NCBI GenBank assembly: GCA_947625705.1
Contig: CANQPG010000001.1
Location: 56,963 to 120,962 of the forward strand
Length of the DNA stretch: 64,000 bases
Source of the DNA: an uncultured Peptococcaceae bacterium
GTDB lineage: Bacteria; Bacillota; Dehalobacteriia; UBA4068; UBA4997
Reading direction: 5' to 3'
Both the position numbers and the translations under genes were made by a program. Positions within the stretch are counted from its first letter, which is position 1. Each line of letters opens with the position of its first letter. Under the pieces are notes generated by a model. The model was not told the DNA's origin and ran no database searches. It worked only from the letters and a program-made list of their open reading frames with translations. Below, one piece after another: positions 41,562 through 50,658 of the stretch.

Positions 41562-41591
41562 AATTATTGCCGGAAGACGGGGCAAATATTC
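41562..41591 (-). promoter_or_regulatory. sigma-F/sigma-G type forespore promoter of sigG (GAATA-15nt-GGCAATAATT)
   Basis: -35 GAATA at 41587-41591 and -10 GGCAATAATT at 41562-41571 on the minus strand, matching GHATR-15-GGnnAnAnTa. Confidence 0.55.
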
Positions 41592-41637
41592 AGCCCGCGC
41601 GCCGTTAACTTCTGCCAGAAAAGGTCAATATCCGCGC

Positions 41638-42411
41638 TTATTCCAGGCGGCTCATTTCTTTTTTCAGCCGGCTGAAGATACGCTTTTCCAGCCGGGAAAT
41701 GTATGACTGCGAAATGCCCAGCATATCCGCCACTTCCTTTTGCGTCAGCGGCTTTTGCCCGAACAGCCCGAAGCGCAGCTCCACGATCTTCTTCTCGCGC
41801 GGGCTTAGGGTGGCGATGGCCTGCCGCAGCAATTTCCGGTCAACCTCCTCCTCCAGCTCGCGGTAGATGATGTCGCCGTCGGTGCCTAGGACGTCGGAGA
41901 GCAGCAGCTCGTTGCCGTCCCAGTCGATGTTAAGGGGCTCGTCGAAAGAAACCTCGCTTTTCAGCTTGCTGCTGCGCCGCAGCGTCATCAGTATCTCGTT
42001 TTCAATACAGCGCGAGGCATAGGTGGCCAGCTTGATCTTCTTCTCCGGGTTAAACGTGTTCACCGCCTTGATCAGCCCGATCGTGCCGATGGACGCCAGA
42101 TCCTCCAGCCCCAGGCCGGTGTTCTCAAATTTGCGCGCTATGTACACCACCAGCCGCAGGTTATGCTCGATCAGCTCACTGCGGACGCTGGTATCGCCCG
42201 CCGCCAGCCGCTGCATCAGCTCCCGCTCCTCCTCGGCGGAAAGCGGCGCGGGCAGCGCCTCGCCCCCGCCCACGTAATATACGCCCGGCTCCTCGCCGCC
42301 CAAAATATGCTTCAGGCACGCGCTCAGCCAGCCCTTCAGCCGCGCCAGCCAGCCCTCGTCCGTATCCTGCCAGAAATCCCGCCGAAAATCCCGCTTCAAA
42401 TCCTGCTTCAT
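41638..42411 (-). CDS. sigE: sporulation sigma factor E (pro-sigma-E)
   Basis: [43 protein letters not shown] with an N-terminal pro-sequence. The ATG at 42411 overlaps the spoIIGA stop as ATGA. An alternative upstream start lies at 42432. Confidence 0.9.
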   Translation of the reverse strand: MKQDLKRDFRRDFWQDTDEGWLARLKGWLSACLKHILGGEEPGVYYVGGGEALPAPLSAEEERELMQRLAAGDTSVRSELIEHNLRLVVYIARKFENTGLGLEDLASIGTIGLIKAVNTFNPEKKIKLATYASRCIENEILMTLRRSSKLKSEVSFDEPLNIDWDGNELLLSDVLGTDGDIIYRELEEEVDRKLLRQAIATLSPREKKIVELRFGLFGQKPLTQKEVADMLGISQSYISRLEKRIFSRLKKEMSRLE

Positions 42412-43358
42412 GCTTCCAGCCGCTCCTCCCATATGTTATCGTATGCCGCCGTATCCTCGCCGCCGAACACCGCCTCCGGTGCGACGATCGCCCGCGCCCC
42501 GGATAGCCCCCCAAAGCCTGCCGCGTTAAACGCGACCAGCGGCGTCTGCGGCGGGATTATCTTCCGCCCGTCCGCCGGATAAAACGCCGCCGCGTCCGGC
42601 AGAAACCCCAGCGTCAGCCGCCCCGCCGCCCCCACCACATGATAGGGTATCAGCCTGAGGCGCCCGCCCCAGGGCGCGGGGGCAAAGTCGGCCAAAATCT
42701 GCTGCGGGCGAAAGTCATTGCCGTTGATACGCAGCTCCTGCGCCAGCCGCTCGGCCAGATCCTGCGGCAGCCAGCTCTGCACCGCCGCCAGCTCCGCCAG
42801 CAGCACCGCCCGCCCGGAAACCGGGTCGCGCAGGCGGTTGCCGCTGTCCAGAAAGCAGGGGAGCGCCAGCGTTTTGCCGTTTAAGCTCAGTTCCGCCCGC
42901 ACGATCAGGCCGCTTTGCCGCGCCTGACGCCGCCAAACGCCCACACCCAGCGCCGCCATAGCCCCCGCCAGCAGCAGCGCCGGGATCAGCCAGATAAAAC
43001 TCATGCCCGCCGCCGCGCCATAGCCCAACAGCGCCCGCACGGCCAGCGCCGCGCCGCCCATCGCAAAGCTCAAAATGTAAAAGCAGGCGGCCAGCCAGCC
43101 AAAGCGCTTCAGCGGCAGCCGCCCGAAGCAGACCAGGAGCATCAGCAGCGAAAAGATCACGGGCAGCGGCATGATGTAGAGCGGCGCCAGCGCCGGGAAC
43201 AGCAGCCCCACGCCGTAAAAAGCGCCGAACGCCGCCGCGAGCACTCCCCGGAACCGACGGAACACAAAGCCGCCGAAGCGCCCCGCCGCCCAAAGCAGCG
43301 CCAGATCCAGCGCAAAATTCACCAGCCACAGCACGTCCGCGTACACCGTGTAGACCAC
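42408..43358 (-). CDS. spoIIGA: sigma-E processing aspartic peptidase SpoIIGA
   Basis: N-terminal [14 protein letters not shown], multiple TM segments and the LDSGN aspartyl-protease motif. The start was placed at GTG 43358, which has an AAGGGGGTGAGG Shine-Dalgarno. The track ORF starts at a TTG that abuts the -10 box. Confidence 0.85.
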   Translation of the reverse strand: MVYTVYADVLWLVNFALDLALLWAAGRFGGFVFRRFRGVLAAAFGAFYGVGLLFPALAPLYIMPLPVIFSLLMLLVCFGRLPLKRFGWLAACFYILSFAMGGAALAVRALLGYGAAAGMSFIWLIPALLLAGAMAALGVGVWRRQARQSGLIVRAELSLNGKTLALPCFLDSGNRLRDPVSGRAVLLAELAAVQSWLPQDLAERLAQELRINGNDFRPQQILADFAPAPWGGRLRLIPYHVVGAAGRLTLGFLPDAAAFYPADGRKIIPPQTPLVAFNAAGFGGLSGARAIVAPEAVFGGEDTAAYDNIWEERLEA

Positions 43359-43384
43359 TGCCCTCACCCCCTTGCCATACGCCA

Positions 43385-43417
43385 ATTATAGCGCGGCCGG
43401 GGCGGAAAACTTGTCAG
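43385..43417 (-). promoter_or_regulatory. spoIIG promoter with -35 CTGACA and -10 TATAAT separated by 21 nt
   Basis: -10 at 43385-43390 and -35 at 43412-43417 on the minus strand. A 21-22 bp spacer is the hallmark of the Spo0A~P-dependent spoIIG promoter. Confidence 0.45.
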
Positions 43418-43452
43418 TTTGGGGCAGCGGCGGTCTGTTTTATTGCAACAAA

Positions 43453-43704
43453 TTAAGGCATTTTACGCCCCGCGCCCTGCGGCGGCCGTTTCGGCGCTTT
43501 GCCGGGATAACGCCCGGAAAGCACGCCGCCCAGTCTGCCGCTTTCCTCCGCCGTAAGGCTCGCCCAGCCCTCGCTCTGCACCTTATCCCAAAGGCCAAGC
43601 TCCTTGGCTATCTCGTCTTTGGCGGCCTCCCAGCCGGCGGTGCGCCGTTTCATTTTGCTTTTGCGGCTTCTGCCCTCGTCCGGTTTAACCGGCATTTCCA
43701 TCAC
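43453..43704 (-). CDS. small acid-soluble spore protein, alpha/beta-type (divergent)
   Basis: An 83-aa basic protein. A..EIAKELG..LT..ESGRLGGVLSGR matches the SASP DNA-binding pattern (K.EIA.E.G...T.R.NGSVGGEITKR). Confidence 0.5.
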   Translation of the reverse strand: MMEMPVKPDEGRSRKSKMKRRTAGWEAAKDEIAKELGLWDKVQSEGWASLTAEESGRLGGVLSGRYPGKAPKRPPQGAGRKMP

Positions 43705-43795
43705 CTCGTCAGTATTTTCTGGCTTTAATCTGCCCCGCCGGGCGTTTGACTATGCACCGCCGATGTGATAGACTGGCTGTTGGAGGTATTAAACG

Positions 43796-44350
43796 ATGGA
43801 CTTGACATTGACCGATATCAAACAGGACAAGGCGGCGTGGCGGCAGATAGCCGCGCTTTACAAAACGGCTTTCCCGGCGGACGAGCGCGCGCCCTTTTGG
43901 CTGCTTAAGCGGAAAGCGCTGCAAGGGCGGGCGCAAATGCTCGCGGCGTATGACGCGGGGCAGTTTGCGGGTTTCACTTATCTGGTCATATACCGTGATC
44001 TGGTTTATCTGTTTTATTTTGCCATTGACGACGCCCGGCGGGGCAAAGGCTATGGCAGCGCGGTGTTGCAGGCATTGCGGCGGGAATATCCGGAGCAGCG
44101 CATTTTCCTGGCGCGGGAACAGCTGGACGACCAGGCTGAAAACGCCGCACAGCGGCGCACCCGCCATCAGTTTTACCTGGCGAACGGCTTTGCCGACTGG
44201 CCGTGCCAAATCAAGGAGGCCAGCGTGATCTACGATGTGATGGGCATGGGCGGCGATAACGTGACGCCGCAGGAATATCAGGCGCTGATCGAGGGCTGGT
44301 GCGGATCGCTTATGCGGCGGCTTATCGACATGCGTGTATTGGCAAAATAG
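43796..44350 (+). CDS. GNAT-family N-acetyltransferase
   Basis: RRGKGYGSAVL acetyl-CoA binding motif. A TTGACT-17-TAGACT promoter lies upstream. Confidence 0.75.
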   Translation: MDLTLTDIKQDKAAWRQIAALYKTAFPADERAPFWLLKRKALQGRAQMLAAYDAGQFAGFTYLVIYRDLVYLFYFAIDDARRGKGYGSAVLQALRREYPEQRIFLAREQLDDQAENAAQRRTRHQFYLANGFADWPCQIKEASVIYDVMGMGGDNVTPQEYQALIEGWCGSLMRRLIDMRVLAK

Positions 44351-44370
44351 CCTAACAAGGACTTAGTAAA

Positions 44371-44533
44371 CGGGTATTGATAATACTTTTCGCTGATTTT
44401 AGCGAAGCGCAGCGGAGGTCATGAAGCGAAAAGTTTTATCAATGCCCGGCTTTTATCTCTGGTGGTCTCCGATAAAACTTTTCCACTACATGACCTGCGC
44501 AAATTTCGTGGAAAAGTATTATCCGAGCCCGCC
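44371..44533. repeat. palindromic intergenic repeat cluster 4: two copies (44371-44450, 44465-44533)
   Basis: The same family, one long-loop and one short-loop copy. Confidence 0.8.
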
Positions 44534-44544
44534 AAAAAAAGCAA

Positions 44545-44590
44545 CAAAAAACGGCGAAAGCATTAAACGCTTTCGCCGTTTTATTTTTTT
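44545..44590. terminator. strong bidirectional rho-independent terminator
   Basis: ACGGCGAAAGC-attaaac-GCTTTCGCCGT flanked by an A6 run and TTTTATTTTTTT. Confidence 0.75.
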
Positions 44591-44595
44591 CGGTT

Positions 44596-44979
44596 TTAGA
44601 ACGAAGCTATCTTGGCCGGTTTATCCCGCCCCAGCAGCATGACGGATTCCGGCAGGTCAAACCCCTCCTCGCCGGATTTCACCTCAAAGAAATGATAGGC
44701 CAGCTGACCCTCGATGATCTTCGGCTCCACCACCACAACGGGTATGCGCCGCATGTTCAGATAAACGTCGCGGTAGCGGTGATAGCCGTACTGGGGAAAA
44801 AGATCAAGGTCTTCCATACCCGGGAGCCAAATCTCCTGCTCCTCGCCGTAAGCGTCAAGCTCCGGCCATTCCAGCGGCTTCTCGCGGGATTTGCTGACGA
44901 AGATAGCGATGACGGCCACAATGACCACCACCCAAACCAGCAGATTAAGAATAATATTGACGATCGGCGGCATTGACAC
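44596..44979 (-). CDS. hypothetical membrane-anchored protein (127 aa)
   Basis: N-terminal hydrophobic helix IVNIILNLLVWVVVIVAVIAIFV followed by an acidic soluble domain. Confidence 0.4.
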   Translation of the reverse strand: MSMPPIVNIILNLLVWVVVIVAVIAIFVSKSREKPLEWPELDAYGEEQEIWLPGMEDLDLFPQYGYHRYRDVYLNMRRIPVVVVEPKIIEGQLAYHFFEVKSGEEGFDLPESVMLLGRDKPAKIASF

Positions 44980-45286
44980 GACCTCCCAATTTATTTATGC
45001 TTCCTGTAATATAGCAGAGAAATATCAACCCAATATCAAGCAATACTGTGTTAATTATACTCCGATTTGCGCTTTCTGACAAGTTAATTTCCGCCAAGTG
45101 CAAAATAAAAGTAGCTTTTTGCCGAACCTTGTATTATAATATGTATGAAAATATTTGCGGAAACGCCGCAATCCCGCGCCAGCTGGCAGGTTTGGCCAGT
45201 TTTGGCAAAGGCGGCATATTAGATCGTTTTTCATCTATATTATAGTGTTTGCTTGTGTTGTTTGTTTTTGCGGAGGTAAACGCTTT

Positions 45287-48280
45287 ATGTGTTACAAACT
45301 TGGTATCGATATCGGCTCCACCACCATCAAGGCGGTGGTGATCGATGAGACTGGTGCGCTCATTTATTCCACCTATCAGCGGCACGGCTCGCGTATCGGC
45401 GAAAAGCTGGCCGACATCATGGACGAGCTGCCGCTGCTCTTAAAAGATAAGCAGGTCAAGGCGGCGATCACCGGCTCGGCCGGTATGTCGCTGGCCGAAG
45501 CCTGCGGCATACCCTTTGTGCAGGAGGTTTATGCCCTCTCCGGTGCGGTGCGGGAGCTGGAACCCGAAACCGACGTGGTCATCGAGCTGGGCGGCGAGGA
45601 CGCGAAGATACTTTTCCTGACCGGCGGCGTCGAGGAGCGCATGAACGGCACCTGCGCGGGCGGCACCGGCGCGTTCATCGACCAGATGGCGACGCTCTTA
45701 AACGTCTCGGTGGAGGAGCTGGACCGGCTGGCGCAAAATCATCAGAAGATATACCCCATCGCGTCGCGCTGCGGCGTGTTCGCCAAGACGGATATCCAGC
45801 CGCTGATCAATCAGGGCGCGGCCAAAGAGGATATTGCCGCCAGCATTTATCAGGCGGTGGCCGAGCAGACCATCACCGGGCTGGCGCAGGGGCGGCGCAT
45901 TTTGGGGCGCGTCCTGTTCCTGGGCGGGCCGCTAAGCTTCAACCTGGGGCTTAGAGAGCGCTTTATCGAGACGCTGCACCTTGCACCGGAAAACGCCGTG
46001 TTCCCGGAGCTGGGGCAGTATTTCGTGGCGCTGGGCGCGGCGGTCTATGCCGACGGCCAGCCCGATACATTCGATTATAAAACGCTGCGGCAGGCGCTGC
46101 AAAACCAGAAATCGCTGCAAGGCAAAAGCCGGTTTCTGCCGCCGCTGTTTGCCAATAAGGCGGAATATGACGAGTTTACCGCCCGCCATGCCGCCGACAG
46201 CGTGCCCCGCGCGGATATTAACGCGTACCGGGGCGGCGCGTATCTCGGCGTGGACGTGGGCAGCACCACCAGCAAGCTGGCCTTGGTGGGCGAAAACGGC
46301 GAGCTGCTCTACACATTCTACGCCAGCAATAAGGGCAACCCCCTGCCGATCATTCAGGAACAGTTGCTGACGGTTTACGGGCTGCTGGGCGACAAGATCA
46401 CGCTTAAGGGCGGCGCGGTGACGGGCTATGGCGAGGAGCTGGTGAAGAACGCTTTCGGCATTGATTACGGCCTGGTGGAGACCGTCGCGCACTTTACGGC
46501 AGCGCATTTCTTCAACCCCAACGTCGATTATATCATCGACATCGGCGGCCAGGATATGAAGTGCTTCACCATTCACAACAACACCATCGACCATATCGTG
46601 CTGAACGAGGCTTGCAGCTCCGGCTGCGGCTCGTTTATCCAGACGTTTGCCGAAGCGCTGGGCTATACGCCGGCGGAATTTGCCCGGCTGGCGCTGTTTG
46701 CCAAGCGCCCGGTGGACTTAGGCTCGCGCTGCACGGTGTTTATGAACTCGTCCGTTAAGCAGGCACAGCGCGACGGGGCAGAGGTGGCCGACGTCAGCGC
46801 GGGGCTGGCGATCAGCGTGGTGAAAAACGCCATTTACAAAGTGCTGCGCGTCCACAGCGCGGGGGAGCTGGGCGAAAACATCGTGGTGCAGGGCGGCACG
46901 TTCCTGAACGACGCAGTGCTCAGAAGCTTCGAGCGCGAGCTGGGGCATAACGTGGTGCGCCCGGATATTGCCGGACTGATGGGCGCGTTCGGCGCGGCGC
47001 TGTACGCGCGTAACCGCCACCGCGAGCTGGGCATAGACGAGACGACGATGCTCTCGCGCGACGAGGTGGCCGCTTTCCAGCATAAAGCGATCCCCACCAC
47101 CTGCCAGGGCTGCGCCAACCATTGCAGCCTGACCATTAACATCTTCCCCAACGGCCGCCGGTTCATCAGCGGCAACAAATGCGAACGCGGCGTTTCCGGC
47201 AAAAAGAGCAACCTGCCGAACGTTTACGAATATATTAATGAAAAGTTCCGCGGCCTGATGGCCGACGCCGAAGCGCAGTTTGTCCCCGGGCGGCCGACGG
47301 TGGGCATACCGCTGGTGCTGAATATGTGGGAGAACCTGCCGTTCTGGTATTTCTTCTTCCTGCGGCTGGGCGTGAACGTGGTCATCTCGGGCGAAAGCTC
47401 GCGGCAGCTTTATGCCGAGGGGCAGTTCACCATTCCGTCCGATACGGTGTGTTATCCCGCCAAGCTGGCGCACGGGCATATCATGCGCCTGCTCGCGAAA
47501 AACGTGGACGCGATCTTCTACCCCTGCTCCAGCTACAACATCGACGAAAAGCGCGGCGACAAGAATTATAACTGCCCGGTGGTGGCGTATTACCCCGAGC
47601 TGCTTGCCGCCAACGTGGCCGACCTGCATAAAGTCGATTTTATCCACCCGTATTTGAGCCTGGCCAACCGCACCATTCTGGGCAGCAATTTCTATGAGGT
47701 GGCCAAAAGATATCCCTATCTGAACTTCAGCCCGGCGCAATGCATGAACGCGGCCACCGACGCCTGGAACGTGTATAAGGCGTTCTGGGGCGACGTGGAG
47801 GCATATGGGCTGGAGGCGCTGCGGCAGGCCGAGGCGGCGGGGCAAAAAGTCGTGGTGCTGGCCGGGCGGCCTTATCACGTTGACCGTGAGATCAACCACA
47901 GCATTGACAAAATGTTCAATTCGCTGGGCTTCGTGGTGCTCTCGGAGCGCGTGCTGACCAATTTGGCATATTCGCAGAAAGTGAACGTGCTGAACCAATG
48001 GACATATCACACCCGCATGTATAACGCGGCGCGCTGCGTCTGCCGCCACCCCAATATGCAGCTGGTGCAGCTGGTCAGCTTCGGCTGCGGGCTGGACGCG
48101 ATCACCACCGACGAGCTGAAAGATATTCTGGAGCGTAACGGCAAAATTTACACCCAGCTGAAAATCGACGAGATCAATAATCTGGCGGCCACCAAAATCA
48201 GGGCGCGAAGTCTCCTGGCCGCGATGGAAACGAGGGAGGCCGCCGCCCAAGCGGCACAAGAGGTGAAGATCAATGACTGA
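45287..48280 (+). CDS. acyl-CoA dehydratase activase-related protein: two tandem BadF/BadG/BcrA/BcrD (HgdC-like) ATPase domains plus a C-terminal DUF2229-like domain
   Basis: Two GIDIGSTTIK / GVDVGSTTSK actin-fold ATPase N-termini ~330 aa apart. The C-terminal region carries Cys motifs CQGCANHC and CPVV. The ATG at 45287 has a GGAGGT Shine-Dalgarno. The track ORF is extended upstream. Confidence 0.75.
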   Translation: MCYKLGIDIGSTTIKAVVIDETGALIYSTYQRHGSRIGEKLADIMDELPLLLKDKQVKAAITGSAGMSLAEACGIPFVQEVYALSGAVRELEPETDVVIELGGEDAKILFLTGGVEERMNGTCAGGTGAFIDQMATLLNVSVEELDRLAQNHQKIYPIASRCGVFAKTDIQPLINQGAAKEDIAASIYQAVAEQTITGLAQGRRILGRVLFLGGPLSFNLGLRERFIETLHLAPENAVFPELGQYFVALGAAVYADGQPDTFDYKTLRQALQNQKSLQGKSRFLPPLFANKAEYDEFTARHAADSVPRADINAYRGGAYLGVDVGSTTSKLALVGENGELLYTFYASNKGNPLPIIQEQLLTVYGLLGDKITLKGGAVTGYGEELVKNAFGIDYGLVETVAHFTAAHFFNPNVDYIIDIGGQDMKCFTIHNNTIDHIVLNEACSSGCGSFIQTFAEALGYTPAEFARLALFAKRPVDLGSRCTVFMNSSVKQAQRDGAEVADVSAGLAISVVKNAIYKVLRVHSAGELGENIVVQGGTFLNDAVLRSFERELGHNVVRPDIAGLMGAFGAALYARNRHRELGIDETTMLSRDEVAAFQHKAIPTTCQGCANHCSLTINIFPNGRRFISGNKCERGVSGKKSNLPNVYEYINEKFRGLMADAEAQFVPGRPTVGIPLVLNMWENLPFWYFFFLRLGVNVVISGESSRQLYAEGQFTIPSDTVCYPAKLAHGHIMRLLAKNVDAIFYPCSSYNIDEKRGDKNYNCPVVAYYPELLAANVADLHKVDFIHPYLSLANRTILGSNFYEVAKRYPYLNFSPAQCMNAATDAWNVYKAFWGDVEAYGLEALRQAEAAGQKVVVLAGRPYHVDREINHSIDKMFNSLGFVVLSERVLTNLAYSQKVNVLNQWTYHTRMYNAARCVCRHPNMQLVQLVSFGCGLDAITTDELKDILERNGKIYTQLKIDEINNLAATKIRARSLLAAMETREAAAQAAQEVKIND

Positions 48281-49952
48281 GCAGAAACCGATAACCAACC
48301 TGCAAAACGCGCTGGAACACCCGGAGGCATACAGCGACCGGGAGCTGGCAGACATCGTGGACGAGCGCCTGCAAACGCATTTGCAGCAGCTGATGCAGAC
48401 GCCGCTTGAAGAGGCAGCGCCGGAGCCAGCGGAGCAACCGAAACAAAAAACCTCCTGGCTGATGCAGTCGCGCCTGGAGGATCTGCAGCAAAACACCCAC
48501 ACACCGGAATGTCTGCGCCAGCGTATGCACCAGATCATACAGCAAAGCCGTATGCCGGAGCATTTGGCGGCGCTGCTGGCGCTGCTCTCCAACACGGCGG
48601 AGCAGGAGGAAATAGAAAAGCCCCTGCACGAACACGCCGTGACCACCCCGCCGTTTTCGCCCGAGATGAAAACGGAGTACACCATTTTGGTGCCGCAGAT
48701 GCTGCCGATCCACTTCAAGCTTTTACAGGGTATCTTCTTCCGCCAGGGCTACAATCTGGAATTTCTGGAAAATGACGGCTACGGCGTCACCGAGCAGGGT
48801 CTGCAAAATGTGCATAACGACACCTGCTATCCCGCGCTGCTGGCCATCGGCCAGCTGCTGGACGCGATCAAAAGCGGCAAATATGACCTGAACCGTATCG
48901 CGCTTTTGCTGCCGCAGACGGGCGGCGGCTGCCGCGCCTCCAACTACGTCTATCTGCTGAAAAAGGCGCTGGAGAAAAACGGCCTCTCGCATATCCCCGT
49001 CATCGCCATGCGGCTGGATCATCTGGACGCGAGCGGCCTCGTCATCACCAAGGGTATGCTCTTAAAAGCGCTGTTCGCCTGCTTCTACGGCGACATGATC
49101 CTGTGGCTGAAAAACCAGACCAAGCCGTACGAGGTCATTCCCGGCCACACCGACAAGGTCATCGACATTCTGACGCGCCAGCTGGATCAGAGCTTCGCTA
49201 ACGGCAGTTATATCCGCCTGAAGAAGAATTACCTGCGCATTTTAGACGCGTTTAAACAAATCCGCCTGAAAGACGCCAAAAAGCCCAAGGTGGGCATCGT
49301 GGGCGAAATTTATATGAAATATGCCCCTCTTGGCAACAACGACCTGGAAAATTACCTGATAGCGCAGGGGGCGCAGCCCGTCGTCACCGGGGTGCTGGAT
49401 TTTATGTTCTATTCGCTGAACAACATCTTTGTGGACGCGAAGCTTTATAACGGCCCGGCGTTCAGCAACATCTTCAAAAAGCTGGCGTTCCGCCTGATGG
49501 TGAAAGGCCAGACGCTGATGGCCAAGGTTATCCGCCGCCACAGCGATTTCATGCCGCCCTCCAACTTCGCCGACGTGAAGAAAGCCGCCAAAGGCTGTAT
49601 CAGCGAGGGCGTGAAAATGGGCGAAGGGTGGCTGCTGACCGGCGAGATGATCGACCTGATCGAAAACGGCGTGAACAACATCGTTTCCGCCCAGCCGTTT
49701 GGCTGCCTGCCCAACCATATCGTCGCCAAGGGCATGATCCGTGCCGTGAAAGACCGCTGCCCCGGCGCCAACATCATCGCCATCGATTATGACCCCGGCG
49801 CTTCCCGCACCAATCAGGAAAACCGCATTAAGCTGCTGCTGGCCAACGCCAACGCCGAGCTTAACGGGAACGCCGCCCGGCACCGCGTGCTGCACCTGCA
49901 AAAGTATCAACAGGCCGAGGCCGTCGATGATGACACGAGTATCCGCGCCTGA
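48273..49952 (+). CDS. 2-hydroxyacyl-CoA dehydratase D-component (HgdB/HGD-D)-like protein
   Basis: HGD-D family similarity (CYPALLAIGQ, GGGCRASNY, AQPFGCLPNH). The start overlaps the upstream stop (ATGA), indicating translational coupling. Confidence 0.65.
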   Translation: MTEQKPITNLQNALEHPEAYSDRELADIVDERLQTHLQQLMQTPLEEAAPEPAEQPKQKTSWLMQSRLEDLQQNTHTPECLRQRMHQIIQQSRMPEHLAALLALLSNTAEQEEIEKPLHEHAVTTPPFSPEMKTEYTILVPQMLPIHFKLLQGIFFRQGYNLEFLENDGYGVTEQGLQNVHNDTCYPALLAIGQLLDAIKSGKYDLNRIALLLPQTGGGCRASNYVYLLKKALEKNGLSHIPVIAMRLDHLDASGLVITKGMLLKALFACFYGDMILWLKNQTKPYEVIPGHTDKVIDILTRQLDQSFANGSYIRLKKNYLRILDAFKQIRLKDAKKPKVGIVGEIYMKYAPLGNNDLENYLIAQGAQPVVTGVLDFMFYSLNNIFVDAKLYNGPAFSNIFKKLAFRLMVKGQTLMAKVIRRHSDFMPPSNFADVKKAAKGCISEGVKMGEGWLLTGEMIDLIENGVNNIVSAQPFGCLPNHIVAKGMIRAVKDRCPGANIIAIDYDPGASRTNQENRIKLLLANANAELNGNAARHRVLHLQKYQQAEAVDDDTSIRA

Positions 49953-49967
49953 CCACTGCTTATACAT

Positions 49968-50006
49968 AAACCCCCGGACGGGTATCCGGGGGTTTGTTTT
50001 ATTTAT
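49968..50006. terminator. bidirectional rho-independent terminator
   Basis: AAACCCCCGGA-cgggta-TCCGGGGGTTT followed by GTTTTATTTAT. Confidence 0.7.
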
Positions 50007-50010
50007 CTTC

Positions 50011-50658
50011 TTATGCTTCACCCAAAAGCGCGCGGCGGAGCTTGCGGCAGCCCGGCAGCACCACGCCGCCCACGGCGTTGCCCGCCGTCATCAGCAGCAG
50101 CCAGATAAACGTATGTACGCTCCACGCGCCGCCCATCGAGAAATAGAACATATTGGCCACGCAGTGTTCAAACCCGCAGAGAATGAACACCGACACGCCC
50201 AAAAACAGCCCGACGTATTTGCCCAGCTCATGCTGATTGAAGCGGAAGCCGTCCACCGCCAGGCACACCAGCATATTACAGAAAATGCCCAGCAAAAACA
50301 CCGAAAGCGCGCTGTCGGCCAGCTTCACGTCGCAGACCCCCGCCGCCTTTTCGTATAGCGCCGCGCCGACGCGGGTCAGCGAAAGCAGCGCCGCCACCAG
50401 CCACGCCCCCAGCAGATTGCCGACCCAGCAGTTCAGCAAAAACAGCAGATAGCGCGGCTTGTTGTCAAAAACATAAGCGACTTTGCCGGTGAACAGGTTG
50501 AAGCCGTTGACGCAGACGGCGAACAGCCCCACCGTGAACAGCATTGCGCCGACGATCTTGTTGTCCAGCGAAAGGTAAATGGTGCCGCCGATGGCGATCG
50601 ACGCCCCGGCCAGCACCGCATAAATGAAATCGGCTAAGGTTTGTTTCGTCTGTTTCAT
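50011..50658 (-). CDS. formate/nitrite transporter (FNT) family-like membrane protein
   Basis: CGFEHCVANMF resembles the FNT signature (FEHSIANMF). The protein is multi-pass hydrophobic. Confidence 0.55.
   Translation of the reverse strand: MKQTKQTLADFIYAVLAGASIAIGGTIYLSLDNKIVGAMLFTVGLFAVCVNGFNLFTGKVAYVFDNKPRYLLFLLNCWVGNLLGAWLVAALLSLTRVGAALYEKAAGVCDVKLADSALSVFLLGIFCNMLVCLAVDGFRFNQHELGKYVGLFLGVSVFILCGFEHCVANMFYFSMGGAWSVHTFIWLLLMTAGNAVGGVVLPGCRKLRRALLGEA

Noticed and set aside
28675-44533. Possibility that the repeat clusters are CRISPR arrays
   Set aside because: The units are internally palindromic hairpins of variable length with 15-30 nt irregular gaps. Only 2-3 occur per locus, the loops vary, and there are no cas genes. 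This is not a repeat-spacer architecture.
46718-48718. 666-aa minus-strand ORF
   Set aside because: It is antisense to the activase/dehydratase-like genes and Cys/Ser/Arg-rich low complexity.
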